Source: Deltaproteobacteria bacterium RBG_16_49_23
Lineage (GTDB): Bacteria; Desulfobacterota; BSN033; UBA1163
Assembly: GCA_001798855.1 (NCBI GenBank)
Contig: MGQQ01000025.1
Span: forward strand, 1,740-65,739
DNA: 64,000 nt
Direction: 5' to 3'
Part shown: piece after piece, positions 42,457 through 51,569 of the stretch
How the letters are laid out: each line of letters starts with the position of its first letter
Position numbering within the stretch: position 1 is the first letter of the stretch
The notes under the pieces: model-generated
What the model was told of the DNA's origin: nothing
Databases searched by the model: none
The model's input: only the letters and a program-made list of their open reading frames with translations
Position numbers and translations under genes: made by a program

Positions 42457-43485
42457 TCAATTACGAAGAGAAATTTCTTTCGCTCCGATTCCATACCGCT
42501 TAAACCAGTTAAAAATCTCTCCGTATGAAGCTTTCCTCATTGACTTTAACATTCTTCTTTTTTTCCACATATTGGGTAGGCCTTGAAATCCCGATCCATA
42601 CGCCCTTAATAAAATCCAGATTAATCTCCAAGGAGAATAATTTTTTGTAAATTTTCCTGCCGCCCCCCGGTGGGTGACCGCTCCGTAGGCCTGGAACGTA
42701 AACCGATAAAACGTAAAAAAAGGGCTGAGGAGAAGAAGGGCCAGGGGAAAGTATTTGAGGGTGATCCAGAAACGATTTCTCTCTACATAAAAGGCTTTAA
42801 AGGGTGAATATTGTCCTCCTGTTCCAGAGTTCTTATGATAAAGTATGGCTCGGGGAACATAAAGGCTTTTCCATCCTGCCAAGCGGGCGCGGATTCCAAT
42901 CTCGGCGTCATCCGCATAGGCGAAGAAATCTTCGTCAAATAGCCCGACCTCATCAAATACCCTCTTCCGATACATGGCTCCGCAACCCGGGGGGAAGAAA
43001 ATCTCTTCCATCTCCTCATACTGGCCTTGATCTGGCTCAAATTGACCCCGCGCCCGACTCAACCCATCCCAGTAAATCAACTCACCCACTGCTTCGATCT
43101 GGTCCTTCTTATCATAAGAATAGATTTTCGATCCCCACATCCCAGCCATAGGGTCGCAATCAACCGCTTTCACTAATTCCTCAAGCCATCGAGAATCGGT
43201 CCACGTGTCATTATTCAGGAGGACGATATATTCCCCTTTTGCCGCACGAATACCGACATTGTTGCCTCCTGTAAAACCGAGATTTTTCTCCATTCGAATG
43301 ATTTGGACAAAACCCCCGTATCTTTCTTCGACAAACTGGGCCGAGCCATCGGTCGATCCATTGTCCACAAGAATGGCCTCGAAATCTTGAAAGGTCTGGT
43401 CTCTGAGGGAGCCGATACATTCCTCAAGAAATCTTTTCCCATTCCAATTGGGAATGATCACCGATAAAAGGGGGAAAGTTCCCAT
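42457..43485 (-). CDS. Glycosyltransferase family 2
   Basis: LSVIIPNWNGKRFLEECIGSL..ILVDNGSTDGS. Confidence 0.85.
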   Translation of the reverse strand: MGTFPLLSVIIPNWNGKRFLEECIGSLRDQTFQDFEAILVDNGSTDGSAQFVEERYGGFVQIIRMEKNLGFTGGNNVGIRAAKGEYIVLLNNDTWTDSRWLEELVKAVDCDPMAGMWGSKIYSYDKKDQIEAVGELIYWDGLSRARGQFEPDQGQYEEMEEIFFPPGCGAMYRKRVFDEVGLFDEDFFAYADDAEIGIRARLAGWKSLYVPRAILYHKNSGTGGQYSPFKAFYVERNRFWITLKYFPLALLLLSPFFTFYRFTFQAYGAVTHRGAAGKFTKNYSPWRLIWILLRAYGSGFQGLPNMWKKRRMLKSMRKASYGEIFNWFKRYGIGAKEISLRN

Positions 43486-43494
43486 ACTCGTCTA

Positions 43495-44340
43495 TCAAAG
43501 GCCTAACAATCGATCCACTCTTCCAAACTTAAAATGGCTTAAAAGAAACTCAAGTTTTTGAAGCGCTGAGTCAATCCCATAGTAAGATATGATTCTGTTG
43601 AGGAAAGATAATTTCAACCGGGGCGTTTCAGCATGCCCCTCCCATGGATGGAAATAGAGGAGGAAGGGGTGGCTCCGATTGATCCTGCTCAATCCCCAAT
43701 GAAGGAATGAAAGCGGAAACATTCTCAAATAGAAGCCTCCTGCAAGGGGAATCTTCAGTTTCCCTAAAACCAACGGAGGGGTAGGAAACTCCATGAGCGG
43801 GCTGGCGGGATCCTCTTCTCGAACATCCTTCAAAGAGATCCGGTAAGGTCGCATCGGCGCTCCGCTCACTCCGTAGAGAGGATTTAATTTTACCGGGAAA
43901 ATGCTCGCATCATATTGATACCCAAAGTCCACGAGTATTTCAAGAGCCCATTTTGTTCGATTGTCGAGAGAAAAAGAAGGAGCCCGAAACCCCTTGATCT
44001 TCACTTTCCCCAGAATCCCTTCCATCACCGAATGGAAATGTCCCAACTCCTCCCTGAAGAGATCTCTGTTCAACTTCCATAAAGGATGGTGCGAAAAACC
44101 ATGGCAGCCGATTTCGTGACCTTTCTCAACAATGGAGCGAATGAGGTCCGGATGTCGCTCTGCAACCTCACCTACGACGAAGAAGGAGGCTTTGATTCGG
44201 TATTGGTCCAACAGGGCGAGGACCTTCCGGGTCGCCTCTCCCGCCTGGAAGGGGGGCCGTCTCTCCCCTCTCAGCAATTCGGAATGGAACCACTCTTCCG
44301 TATCAATCGCCAAAGCATTTATCATGGTCGTCTTAGTCAT
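43495..44340 (-). CDS. Polysaccharide deacetylase (CE4 with DUF3473, EPS-locus type)
   Basis: INALAIDTEEWFH..FRAPSFS..HPWE. Confidence 0.75.
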   Translation of the reverse strand: MTKTTMINALAIDTEEWFHSELLRGERRPPFQAGEATRKVLALLDQYRIKASFFVVGEVAERHPDLIRSIVEKGHEIGCHGFSHHPLWKLNRDLFREELGHFHSVMEGILGKVKIKGFRAPSFSLDNRTKWALEILVDFGYQYDASIFPVKLNPLYGVSGAPMRPYRISLKDVREEDPASPLMEFPTPPLVLGKLKIPLAGGFYLRMFPLSFLHWGLSRINRSHPFLLYFHPWEGHAETPRLKLSFLNRIISYYGIDSALQKLEFLLSHFKFGRVDRLLGL

Positions 44341-44528
44341 ACTAAAATTTTATTAGTGCCAAGGTTAGGAAGCCAGCTTGGTTTAGGGTCAATCGGTTAA
44401 GGTTACGGTTACGAAGCCCGTTTCGTTTAGCGTTAAAAGGTGAAGTTAAGGATTCAAAAACGAGTAACGTAACCGATTGACGATACGGGCATCTTTACCG
44501 TTACCTTTTAACCATGACTTTTACGTAA

Positions 44529-45608
44529 TTAGATCACATCCGTATCCCCCCAGTTGACATACCATTTCTCGGGAGAAAGCAATATCTCCTTTCCAGAATG
44601 GGGATAGACCATAAAAAGAAATGTCTTTAAACTGGGCAGAAATCCCATTCTTCTCAGGATCTTATAATAAAGATGATCAAGAGGAACCATGAAGCCGAGG
44701 AGATCGGTCCGTTCCGCCCTGCTGTGTTCAATCCCTTTCTCCACGAGCCCTATAAGGGTCGCTTCATCCAATGCCAATAAATCGACGATGACGGTACTGT
44801 CGAAGTTGAGGAGCTTCACCTTTCTCAGGATAATATACCCTTTCATTTCGCCGCTTATCTTTGCTCGATAAATAGAATAGGTTCGAGTAGGATGCCGGAG
44901 GTATCGCCAATTTAAATAATTTTGATCCCGGATTCCCAAGATGGGATAAAGGGTGGATGCCTTTTGCCAGAAACCATTGAACGCGTCATCCAATAAGTCT
45001 ACCTTTTCGATTTCAGCCTCTCCCGTCCTTTTTTTCCTCTTTAACCCATGGAGAAGAAAATAGAAAAACCTGGCCACTCCTCCGATCAAAAGGCTCAGGG
45101 GTTGAAAACGGAGGTACCGGTTGATAACACCGCTAAAATTTATAGGATAAACCACGACGGGAAGTTTCACCATCTTCCTCCACCCAATTTTTTTAAACCC
45201 ATTAATAGTCTCCCGCCTGATGGGGTAGGAGCTCATAAAAAAACAATTGTCATTCTTCACCCGTTGAATGGCATATTTCCCCATCGCCTGGAAAATGCCT
45301 TTTCTCCAGTAATCAGGATGCACCATCAAATCGAGGGAAAGGGTTCCGAGAACAGCTTCTCCTCCGACTGAAAACCGCCTTGGGATATCGGCAAAATGGG
45401 CGATGATTTTTCTCTGATCCTCTACGATGTAGATCGACGCCCTTCCATCCGGGTTTTCAATGAACTCCCATCTCCAGAATCTTGGATCGAGTTTGTCTCG
45501 TTCTTCTTCTCTGAAAACAATTTCTCGAAGGGATAAGATCCCCCCCATATCCATCTCATTCCCATCCCGAACTTGCCACTCACTCATGTTATGATTCGTT
45601 CTGTTCAT
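44529..45608 (-). CDS. GNAT-fold FemAB/BioF2-like acyltransferase family protein
   Basis: 359 aa; FWRWEFIENPDG..; frequent in EPS loci next to DUF3473 deacetylase. Confidence 0.5.
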   Translation of the reverse strand: MNRTNHNMSEWQVRDGNEMDMGGILSLREIVFREEERDKLDPRFWRWEFIENPDGRASIYIVEDQRKIIAHFADIPRRFSVGGEAVLGTLSLDLMVHPDYWRKGIFQAMGKYAIQRVKNDNCFFMSSYPIRRETINGFKKIGWRKMVKLPVVVYPINFSGVINRYLRFQPLSLLIGGVARFFYFLLHGLKRKKRTGEAEIEKVDLLDDAFNGFWQKASTLYPILGIRDQNYLNWRYLRHPTRTYSIYRAKISGEMKGYIILRKVKLLNFDSTVIVDLLALDEATLIGLVEKGIEHSRAERTDLLGFMVPLDHLYYKILRRMGFLPSLKTFLFMVYPHSGKEILLSPEKWYVNWGDTDVI

Positions 45609-45611
45609 CCG

Positions 45612-46928
45612 TTAGAGATCAGGCTCTGCTGCTCTGCCCTCCTTTTTCCCGCCCCGATACGGACGATAAACCAAATAAAAGTTTATGGCCATAAGGCAGA
45701 GAGCCACGATGCCCACAATAAAAAGAACCTGCATTAAACTTTTATGAAAGAGTATTATCAACCCACTCTGGACCAGGGTGCAGAGAATAAGAGGATAGAG
45801 AAATCCTCTTTGGTCGGTTGAGAGTTGGTAATGAATTAGAATCAAACTGAGAGAAAAGAAGGTCATATTGAGGGAAAAGATTCCAACTAAGGGAATGCAT
45901 TCCAAATAAACTTTTCCGCTCAAGCCTTGAATCACAAGAGAGGGCAGAAGGGAGCTGATGAAGGTGGCTCCACCGCAGAGGAAAGCCGTGAGGATCAAGC
46001 TATTTCTTAAGATGGAAAAAGCTTTCGTCTCTTGTTTTTCCATTCTCAGGGAGGCGAGTTTGGGAAACATCACCATCACAACCGGGAAGGGAAAAACAAA
46101 AATAATTTTTCCGACCATCTGAGCGATTGAATAATGGCCCGCCTCAAGAGGCAGGAAGAAATGTTTCACCCAAATTAAATCGATATTCGTCAAAACCATA
46201 AAACAAAATAAGGTCAACCCGACCGGGAGAGAATAGAGGTAGACCTTGGAAAAATCTATTTGATTGCTATCACCGGAACCTAATCCTGGATTGGCCTTGT
46301 CCTTCCCCTGGTCCAGGCTCATTTTTAAAATAAGGAAGGATAATATGGTTGTGATGAAATAGGAGATGACCACAGCGCTCAGGGCGCCGGATACCCCCAA
46401 ACCGAATAAAACGGAGGCAATGCCCAGAACACATTTACTCCCCCCGTTGATGACGAGGTTGAATGCCAGGGAGCCAAATTGCTGCAACCCTTGGAGCCCT
46501 CCCCATGACACCTGAATGACTATAGCGAGAAAAAGACTCGCTCCTAAAAGTAAAATCATCCCATAAGAGGAAATCTGAAGAAAAGAGGAAATGAACGGAC
46601 TTCCCAGAGAGATCAATAAAAACAGGGAAAGACCGATGACCAACATCAACCGGAAAACGTGACGCAGCAGGCTACGGACCTCCTCTAATTGGTTCATCGC
46701 ATGAAAAGAGGAAACAAACTTGGTTACGGTCGTCTGGACCGTCCCGGCAGGAACGGAGATGATCATAAACAGCGTGATCAATGTATTGAGGTGGCCGTAG
46801 TCAACAGGGGAAAGCAGCCTTAACATGGAGAAATGATACAGGAGGCCGAACAGGTTGAAAAGGCCGATGCCGATGAACATCAATCCCGTATGTCTGAAAA
46901 ACTCATTTTTAATCCCTAAAAACTTCAA
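45612..46928 (-). CDS. Polysaccharide/oligosaccharide flippase (Wzx-like MOP family)
   Basis: 438 aa, ~12 TM; N-term ...FRHTGLMFIGIGLFNLFGLLYHFSMLRLLSP. Confidence 0.75.
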   Translation of the reverse strand: MKFLGIKNEFFRHTGLMFIGIGLFNLFGLLYHFSMLRLLSPVDYGHLNTLITLFMIISVPAGTVQTTVTKFVSSFHAMNQLEEVRSLLRHVFRLMLVIGLSLFLLISLGSPFISSFLQISSYGMILLLGASLFLAIVIQVSWGGLQGLQQFGSLAFNLVINGGSKCVLGIASVLFGLGVSGALSAVVISYFITTILSFLILKMSLDQGKDKANPGLGSGDSNQIDFSKVYLYSLPVGLTLFCFMVLTNIDLIWVKHFFLPLEAGHYSIAQMVGKIIFVFPFPVVMVMFPKLASLRMEKQETKAFSILRNSLILTAFLCGGATFISSLLPSLVIQGLSGKVYLECIPLVGIFSLNMTFFSLSLILIHYQLSTDQRGFLYPLILCTLVQSGLIILFHKSLMQVLFIVGIVALCLMAINFYLVYRPYRGGKKEGRAAEPDL

Positions 46929-48451
46929 TAAATGACCTCGTAAAGAATCGATATCTGGCCCGTTTTTCTAAATATTTCCTTCAAATCGGCTGGATGAATT
47001 GATTCAAGAAAGCCTGGGTTTGTCTCCTGGATGTTCTTATATATGAAAATGAAACCGACCTTTTTTTCTTTGCCAAACTGGATAATTTCTTTGTAGGATC
47101 TCCCAGGATGCTTGGAGGTAGGAATGCCCAAGGGCATCGGGACCCAATCCCGTTCTGCATAAAAAACTTCCTGAGGGCTATTGCTCATAATGATTGCATC
47201 CGCGGGTGTATTCTGTTTTAACCGGCCCCCTGCCTTTTCCTGTTCCGCGCGATGTCTTCTTTCGGGAGTCAAACTTTTGGGTAACTGAATCAAAATGACG
47301 ATGAGAATCAACCCCAAAACTACCCTTTCTGGGTTGGATATTTTAATTTTTTCCATCATTCTTTTTATCTCTAAAATACCCGCGCCAGCCCAGAACAGGG
47401 AGAGAGGAATGACCGGAACTGAAAAACGGATGGTGGAAGGAAGAAAGGTGGAAAGAGAAACCAGATGGAATAACACCAAAGAGGCTAAAAACAGCTCACA
47501 GGGTATCCACTTTTTCCGGATTCTTATCAGTCCGAAAAAAAGAAATAGCCAGAATGAAAAGTGATAAGCCCTCAGATAGTGGTAGGTTACAGAAGGAAGA
47601 TTGCGAACGATGTTCCGAGTGATCCAACGGATATTTGAATTCTTTTTTTCTTGTTTATTCTCATCCATGCCTTTTGAGGGTTGGATTTTCTCGACTCTCT
47701 TCTTAAATAATTCTGATTGGGCATCGACGGCCTTTTTGCTGATAAGCCATCGGCCTGTCTCTTGATGAACATAGATCACGTAGGGGATGCCCAGAATAAC
47801 AATACTCGATGCCAGAGCCCCGATGAGGACAGGCGCCTTGAGCCACCTCTTTTTCAGAATGCTATCCCCAACGATCCAGACCAGATAGACCAAAACATAA
47901 CCAATCCCCTCAGGTCGCGTGAGGTAGGCAAGACCAAGAAAGAGTCCGGAGAGCCCCATCTTCCATACGTTCCCGTTCTGGAGTCCTGTCCAGAAGAAAT
48001 AAACCGACAGGAGTAAGACTCCCCAATAAGTAGCCTCCGTGAGGAACATTCCGGAATAGGTCACCAGGTAGGGATGGAAAGCATAAAAAAGAGCTGAGAA
48101 GATAGCCTCTTTCTGACCGATTGTTTTTTTGACTAAATAAAAGAGAGGAAGGAGGGTGAACGTTCCAAAAAAAAGAGACACCAACCTCCCCGTTAATTCC
48201 ACATGTGTGGTGTTCGTAGAAAATAGTGAGATTAAAAGAGGGTATAACGGATGGCCGGGGATGGCTAACCCCTTTGCAAAAAGGCCTTTTAAAAAATCCC
48301 TGGCCATAAACCCATAGACGGCGCTGTCATTGGCAATTCCCTGGGCCATCAGGACTGCATAAAGTCTCAGAATAAAAGCGACCGAAAGGAGAATGACAAG
48401 GATTTGCCTCTCGTTCAGATTTTTAAAATAAATGAGGATCTTATTGACCAT
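46925..48451 (-). CDS. GT-C family glycosyltransferase (ArnT/PMT-like, GT39/GT83)
   Basis: 508 aa; N-terminal RLYAVLMAQGIANDSAVYGFMARDFLKG loop; multi-TM then soluble C-domain. Confidence 0.7.
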   Translation of the reverse strand: MVNKILIYFKNLNERQILVILLSVAFILRLYAVLMAQGIANDSAVYGFMARDFLKGLFAKGLAIPGHPLYPLLISLFSTNTTHVELTGRLVSLFFGTFTLLPLFYLVKKTIGQKEAIFSALFYAFHPYLVTYSGMFLTEATYWGVLLLSVYFFWTGLQNGNVWKMGLSGLFLGLAYLTRPEGIGYVLVYLVWIVGDSILKKRWLKAPVLIGALASSIVILGIPYVIYVHQETGRWLISKKAVDAQSELFKKRVEKIQPSKGMDENKQEKKNSNIRWITRNIVRNLPSVTYHYLRAYHFSFWLFLFFGLIRIRKKWIPCELFLASLVLFHLVSLSTFLPSTIRFSVPVIPLSLFWAGAGILEIKRMMEKIKISNPERVVLGLILIVILIQLPKSLTPERRHRAEQEKAGGRLKQNTPADAIIMSNSPQEVFYAERDWVPMPLGIPTSKHPGRSYKEIIQFGKEKKVGFIFIYKNIQETNPGFLESIHPADLKEIFRKTGQISILYEVIY

Positions 48452-48484
48452 GTTTTTATAAGTCAGTCCAAAATTGTCCAGACA

Positions 48485-48600
48485 TCGACCCTCTAATCCC
48501 TCCTTTCCTCCCTTTGCAAAAGGGAGGAACTTCCCCTCTTTGGCCGCCGGCCCATAGGGCCTCTGGCCCGGAGGGCAGAGGGGTCAGGGGAGATTTTCAG
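48485..48600. repeat. Palindromic repeat family member L (cctccctttgcaaaagggagg + ggcccggaggg GC module)
   Basis: cctccctttgcaaaagggagg; GC module also at 33830-33890. Confidence 0.7.
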
Positions 48601-48660
48601 AAATATGTCTTCTCAATAATGGACTCATTAGTAAGTTAACCCTACCGATTCATTTTGGTT

Positions 48661-49797
48661 TTATGAATACTTTACCAATATCTGAATGATCATTTCCCCT
48701 GCCTTCCCGTCTCCAAATAGTTTCATCCTATTTTTAATAGTTTTTCTTCTCTTCATCCGGTTCACTGCATTTACAATCTTTTTGCTTTCGGTCCCGACCA
48801 ACATATTCCATCCGTTCTTAACCGTTTCGACCCATTCCGTCTCTTTCCTCAACGTGAAACAGGGAACCCGAAACCAATAAGCCTCTTTCTGAACCCCCCC
48901 CGAATCAGTCAGGATCGCTTTCGCATTTCTTTCCAGGACTAACATATTGAGATAGGAGACAGGATCGATGAGCTTCACCCTTGAAGGATCAAAGGAAGGG
49001 TTACAGATTTTCATCATCTTCCTGGTTCTGGGATGGATAGGAAGAATGACGGGGACATCTTTCGCTATTTCATTCAAGGCTCCGAAAATGGATTTTAATC
49101 TTTTCGGGTCGTCTGTATTTTCGGCACGGTGAAGGGTGGCTAAATAATATTGGGGAATGCGGATTGCGGAATGCGGATTGTAGAGGCCAAGATCTGCAAG
49201 GATTGAAGATTTTTTTTCAGCTATTTTTGAATAGTAAAGGATCGAATCGTACATCACATCGCCGACATTTTTTACAATCTTCTCCCAACCCGGTTTGATT
49301 CCCTCCTCGGCTAAATTTTTAACCGCCTGGCTTGTGGGACAGAAGAGAAAAGTGGAGAGATGGTCGGTGAGAAGGCGATTGGTTTCCTCTGGCATGATCC
49401 GGTTATAGCTTCTTAAGCCGGCCTCCACATGGACTACTGGGATATTTAACTTTGCAGCAGCCAACGCTCCAGCCAAAGTCGAATTCGTATCTCCATAAAC
49501 AACGACTTTATCCGGTTTCTCTTTTTCGAGAACAGTCTCAACTCGTTCGAGCATGATGCCGGTCTGCTTCCCATGCGGTCCAGAGCCCACACCGAGGTTG
49601 TAATCCGGCTTAGGAATCTCCAATTCTTCGAAAAAAACCCGATTCATCAGGTAGTCGTAATGTTGACCTGTATGAACCAGAATCTCTCTGATTTTTCCTT
49701 CGGGGGGGGACTTCTGGTTATGTATCTCAATGGCCCGGCTGACGGCAGCGACTTTAATAAATTGGGGCCTTGCCCCAACGATGGTCACAATCTTCAC
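48661..49797 (-). CDS. wecB: UDP-N-acetylglucosamine 2-epimerase (non-hydrolysing)
   Basis: MKIVTIVGARPQFIKVAAVSRA..LVHTGQHYDYLMN; contains in-frame embedded repeat NPHSAIRIPQ (49140-49180). Confidence 0.9.
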   Translation of the reverse strand: MKIVTIVGARPQFIKVAAVSRAIEIHNQKSPPEGKIREILVHTGQHYDYLMNRVFFEELEIPKPDYNLGVGSGPHGKQTGIMLERVETVLEKEKPDKVVVYGDTNSTLAGALAAAKLNIPVVHVEAGLRSYNRIMPEETNRLLTDHLSTFLFCPTSQAVKNLAEEGIKPGWEKIVKNVGDVMYDSILYYSKIAEKKSSILADLGLYNPHSAIRIPQYYLATLHRAENTDDPKRLKSIFGALNEIAKDVPVILPIHPRTRKMMKICNPSFDPSRVKLIDPVSYLNMLVLERNAKAILTDSGGVQKEAYWFRVPCFTLRKETEWVETVKNGWNMLVGTESKKIVNAVNRMKRRKTIKNRMKLFGDGKAGEMIIQILVKYS

Positions 49798-49896
49798 TTC
49801 TTTGCTCCGCTCAAAACGTGTTCCTTGTTCATTACATTCAGTATAATCCCCCTCAGTCCCCCTTTAACAAAGGGGGATTTAGGGGGATTTGTTTTT

Positions 49897-50466
49897 TCAG
49901 GTTGGTTTAACCCCTGTAGGATACTTTCTATATTTTTTCCCGCAGGCTTTACAAATTGCTTTCCCGGATCGAAACGTAATCTCCTCGGCACACTGGCAGA
50001 CCCATCCCTGCACTTTCCCCGGATTTCCATAGACCAGGGCATAATCCGGAATATCTCTGGTCACAACAGAGCCAGCTCCAATCAAAGCATACTGTCCTAT
50101 TGTATTACCACAGATGATCGTTGCATTGGCCCCGATCGTCGCGCCTTTTTTGATCAGCGTCTGCCGGATCTCTTTCATCCTTGAAATAAAGCTCCGGGGG
50201 TTGAAGACATTGGTAAAAACCATGGATGGACCGCAAAAAACATCATCCTCCAATACGACGCCGCTATAAATGGAGACATTGTTTTGTACTTTGATATTCT
50301 TCCCCAGCACAGCGCCGGAAGCAATAAAAACATTCTGCCCGATGATACACCGCTTCCCGATCTTTGCGCCCGACATGATATGGGAGAAATGCCAGATCTG
50401 GGTCCCATCGCCAATCTCCACGGGTTCGTCGACCACTGCCGTTGGGTGAACAAAATAATTCTCCAT
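49897..50466 (-). CDS. Left-handed beta-helix N-acetyltransferase (WbpD/PglD-like) with C-terminal Cys4 zinc-ribbon tail
   Basis: Hexapeptide repeats GAKIGKRCIIGQNVFIASGAVLGKNIKVQNNVSIY; tail CQCAEEITFRSGKAICKACGKKYRK. Confidence 0.7.
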   Translation of the reverse strand: MENYFVHPTAVVDEPVEIGDGTQIWHFSHIMSGAKIGKRCIIGQNVFIASGAVLGKNIKVQNNVSIYSGVVLEDDVFCGPSMVFTNVFNPRSFISRMKEIRQTLIKKGATIGANATIICGNTIGQYALIGAGSVVTRDIPDYALVYGNPGKVQGWVCQCAEEITFRSGKAICKACGKKYRKYPTGVKPT

Positions 50467-50470
50467 CTTT

Positions 50471-51481
50471 TCATCTCCAAAAAAGATTGACAGGGGCCCC
50501 TTTGTTGGCTAAGGATTGTTGGGCTGCCATCAGGATGTTGATCACTCTTAACCCATCCCGCCCCCCTGTTTTCGGTTCTTTCCTCGATTCAATGCACTGG
50601 ATGAAATGCTCGGCCTCGGCCCTGAGAGGTTCGATCATCTTCACGTTCGGGATGGTGATATCCCCGAACCTCAGGCTTAGATACTCCCCGTAGGTGTCAT
50701 AAGAGAGGTTCTTGACCCCTTTGTCATAAATCTTCAGTTTCTCGGAGGACTCCATGTCATCGAAAACGACCATTTTCTCCGACCCCACAATGGTGACCTT
50801 CCTCAACTTATGAGGGTCCAGCCAGCTTAAATGGATGTTGGCCATCTTTCCGTCGGAAAAGCGGAGACTGACGAAGACAACATCTTCAATCCCCTTCTGG
50901 ATATAGCTTTCTCCATGGGCGGTGACGGCGACCGGTTCTTCATCAATGAGGTAAAGGATGACGGAAATGTCATGAGGTGCAAAAGACCAGAGGGCGTTTT
51001 CATCCTGCCGGATGACTCCGAGATTGACCCGCTGGGTGTAAATATAATAGATCTTCCCCATTGCCCCGGAGCGGACCATTTCTCTCAACCGGTCCACCAC
51101 GGGATGATATACGAGAAGATGGCCCACCATGAGAATCCTTTGGTCCCTCTCTGCCATCTCCGCCATCTCTTTCGCCTCCTCTGATCTCATGGCCATGGGC
51201 TTTTCAACCAGCACATCTTTGCCCGCCAGCAATGATTCTTTGGCCAGAGAATAATGGGAGGTCGCAGAAGAAGCGATGACGACCCCTTTGATCTCAGGGT
51301 CCTGTAAGATGGGGGTTATTCCCCCCACCGTTTTGGACTGGGGATAGAGTTTCTGGAGTTGCGCCAGTCTGGATGGATCGGAATCACAGATATATTTCAA
51401 CCGGACGTTGGGAATCTCGGAAAAGACCCGGACATGGTTTCTCCCCCATGCCCCAGCTCCCACCACGGCAATGTCAATCAT
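50471..51481 (-). CDS. Gfo/Idh/MocA family NAD-dependent sugar oxidoreductase (WbpB-like)
   Basis: IDIAVVGAGAWGRNHVRVF Rossmann; 336 aa. Confidence 0.8.
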   Translation of the reverse strand: MIDIAVVGAGAWGRNHVRVFSEIPNVRLKYICDSDPSRLAQLQKLYPQSKTVGGITPILQDPEIKGVVIASSATSHYSLAKESLLAGKDVLVEKPMAMRSEEAKEMAEMAERDQRILMVGHLLVYHPVVDRLREMVRSGAMGKIYYIYTQRVNLGVIRQDENALWSFAPHDISVILYLIDEEPVAVTAHGESYIQKGIEDVVFVSLRFSDGKMANIHLSWLDPHKLRKVTIVGSEKMVVFDDMESSEKLKIYDKGVKNLSYDTYGEYLSLRFGDITIPNVKMIEPLRAEAEHFIQCIESRKEPKTGGRDGLRVINILMAAQQSLANKGAPVNLFWR

Positions 51482-51569
51482 AGAACCCCCTTTTAAATAA
51501 CATTGATCAATGACCTATGAGCAATGATCAATTTTCAATGATCATTGGATATTGATGATTGAGCATTGA

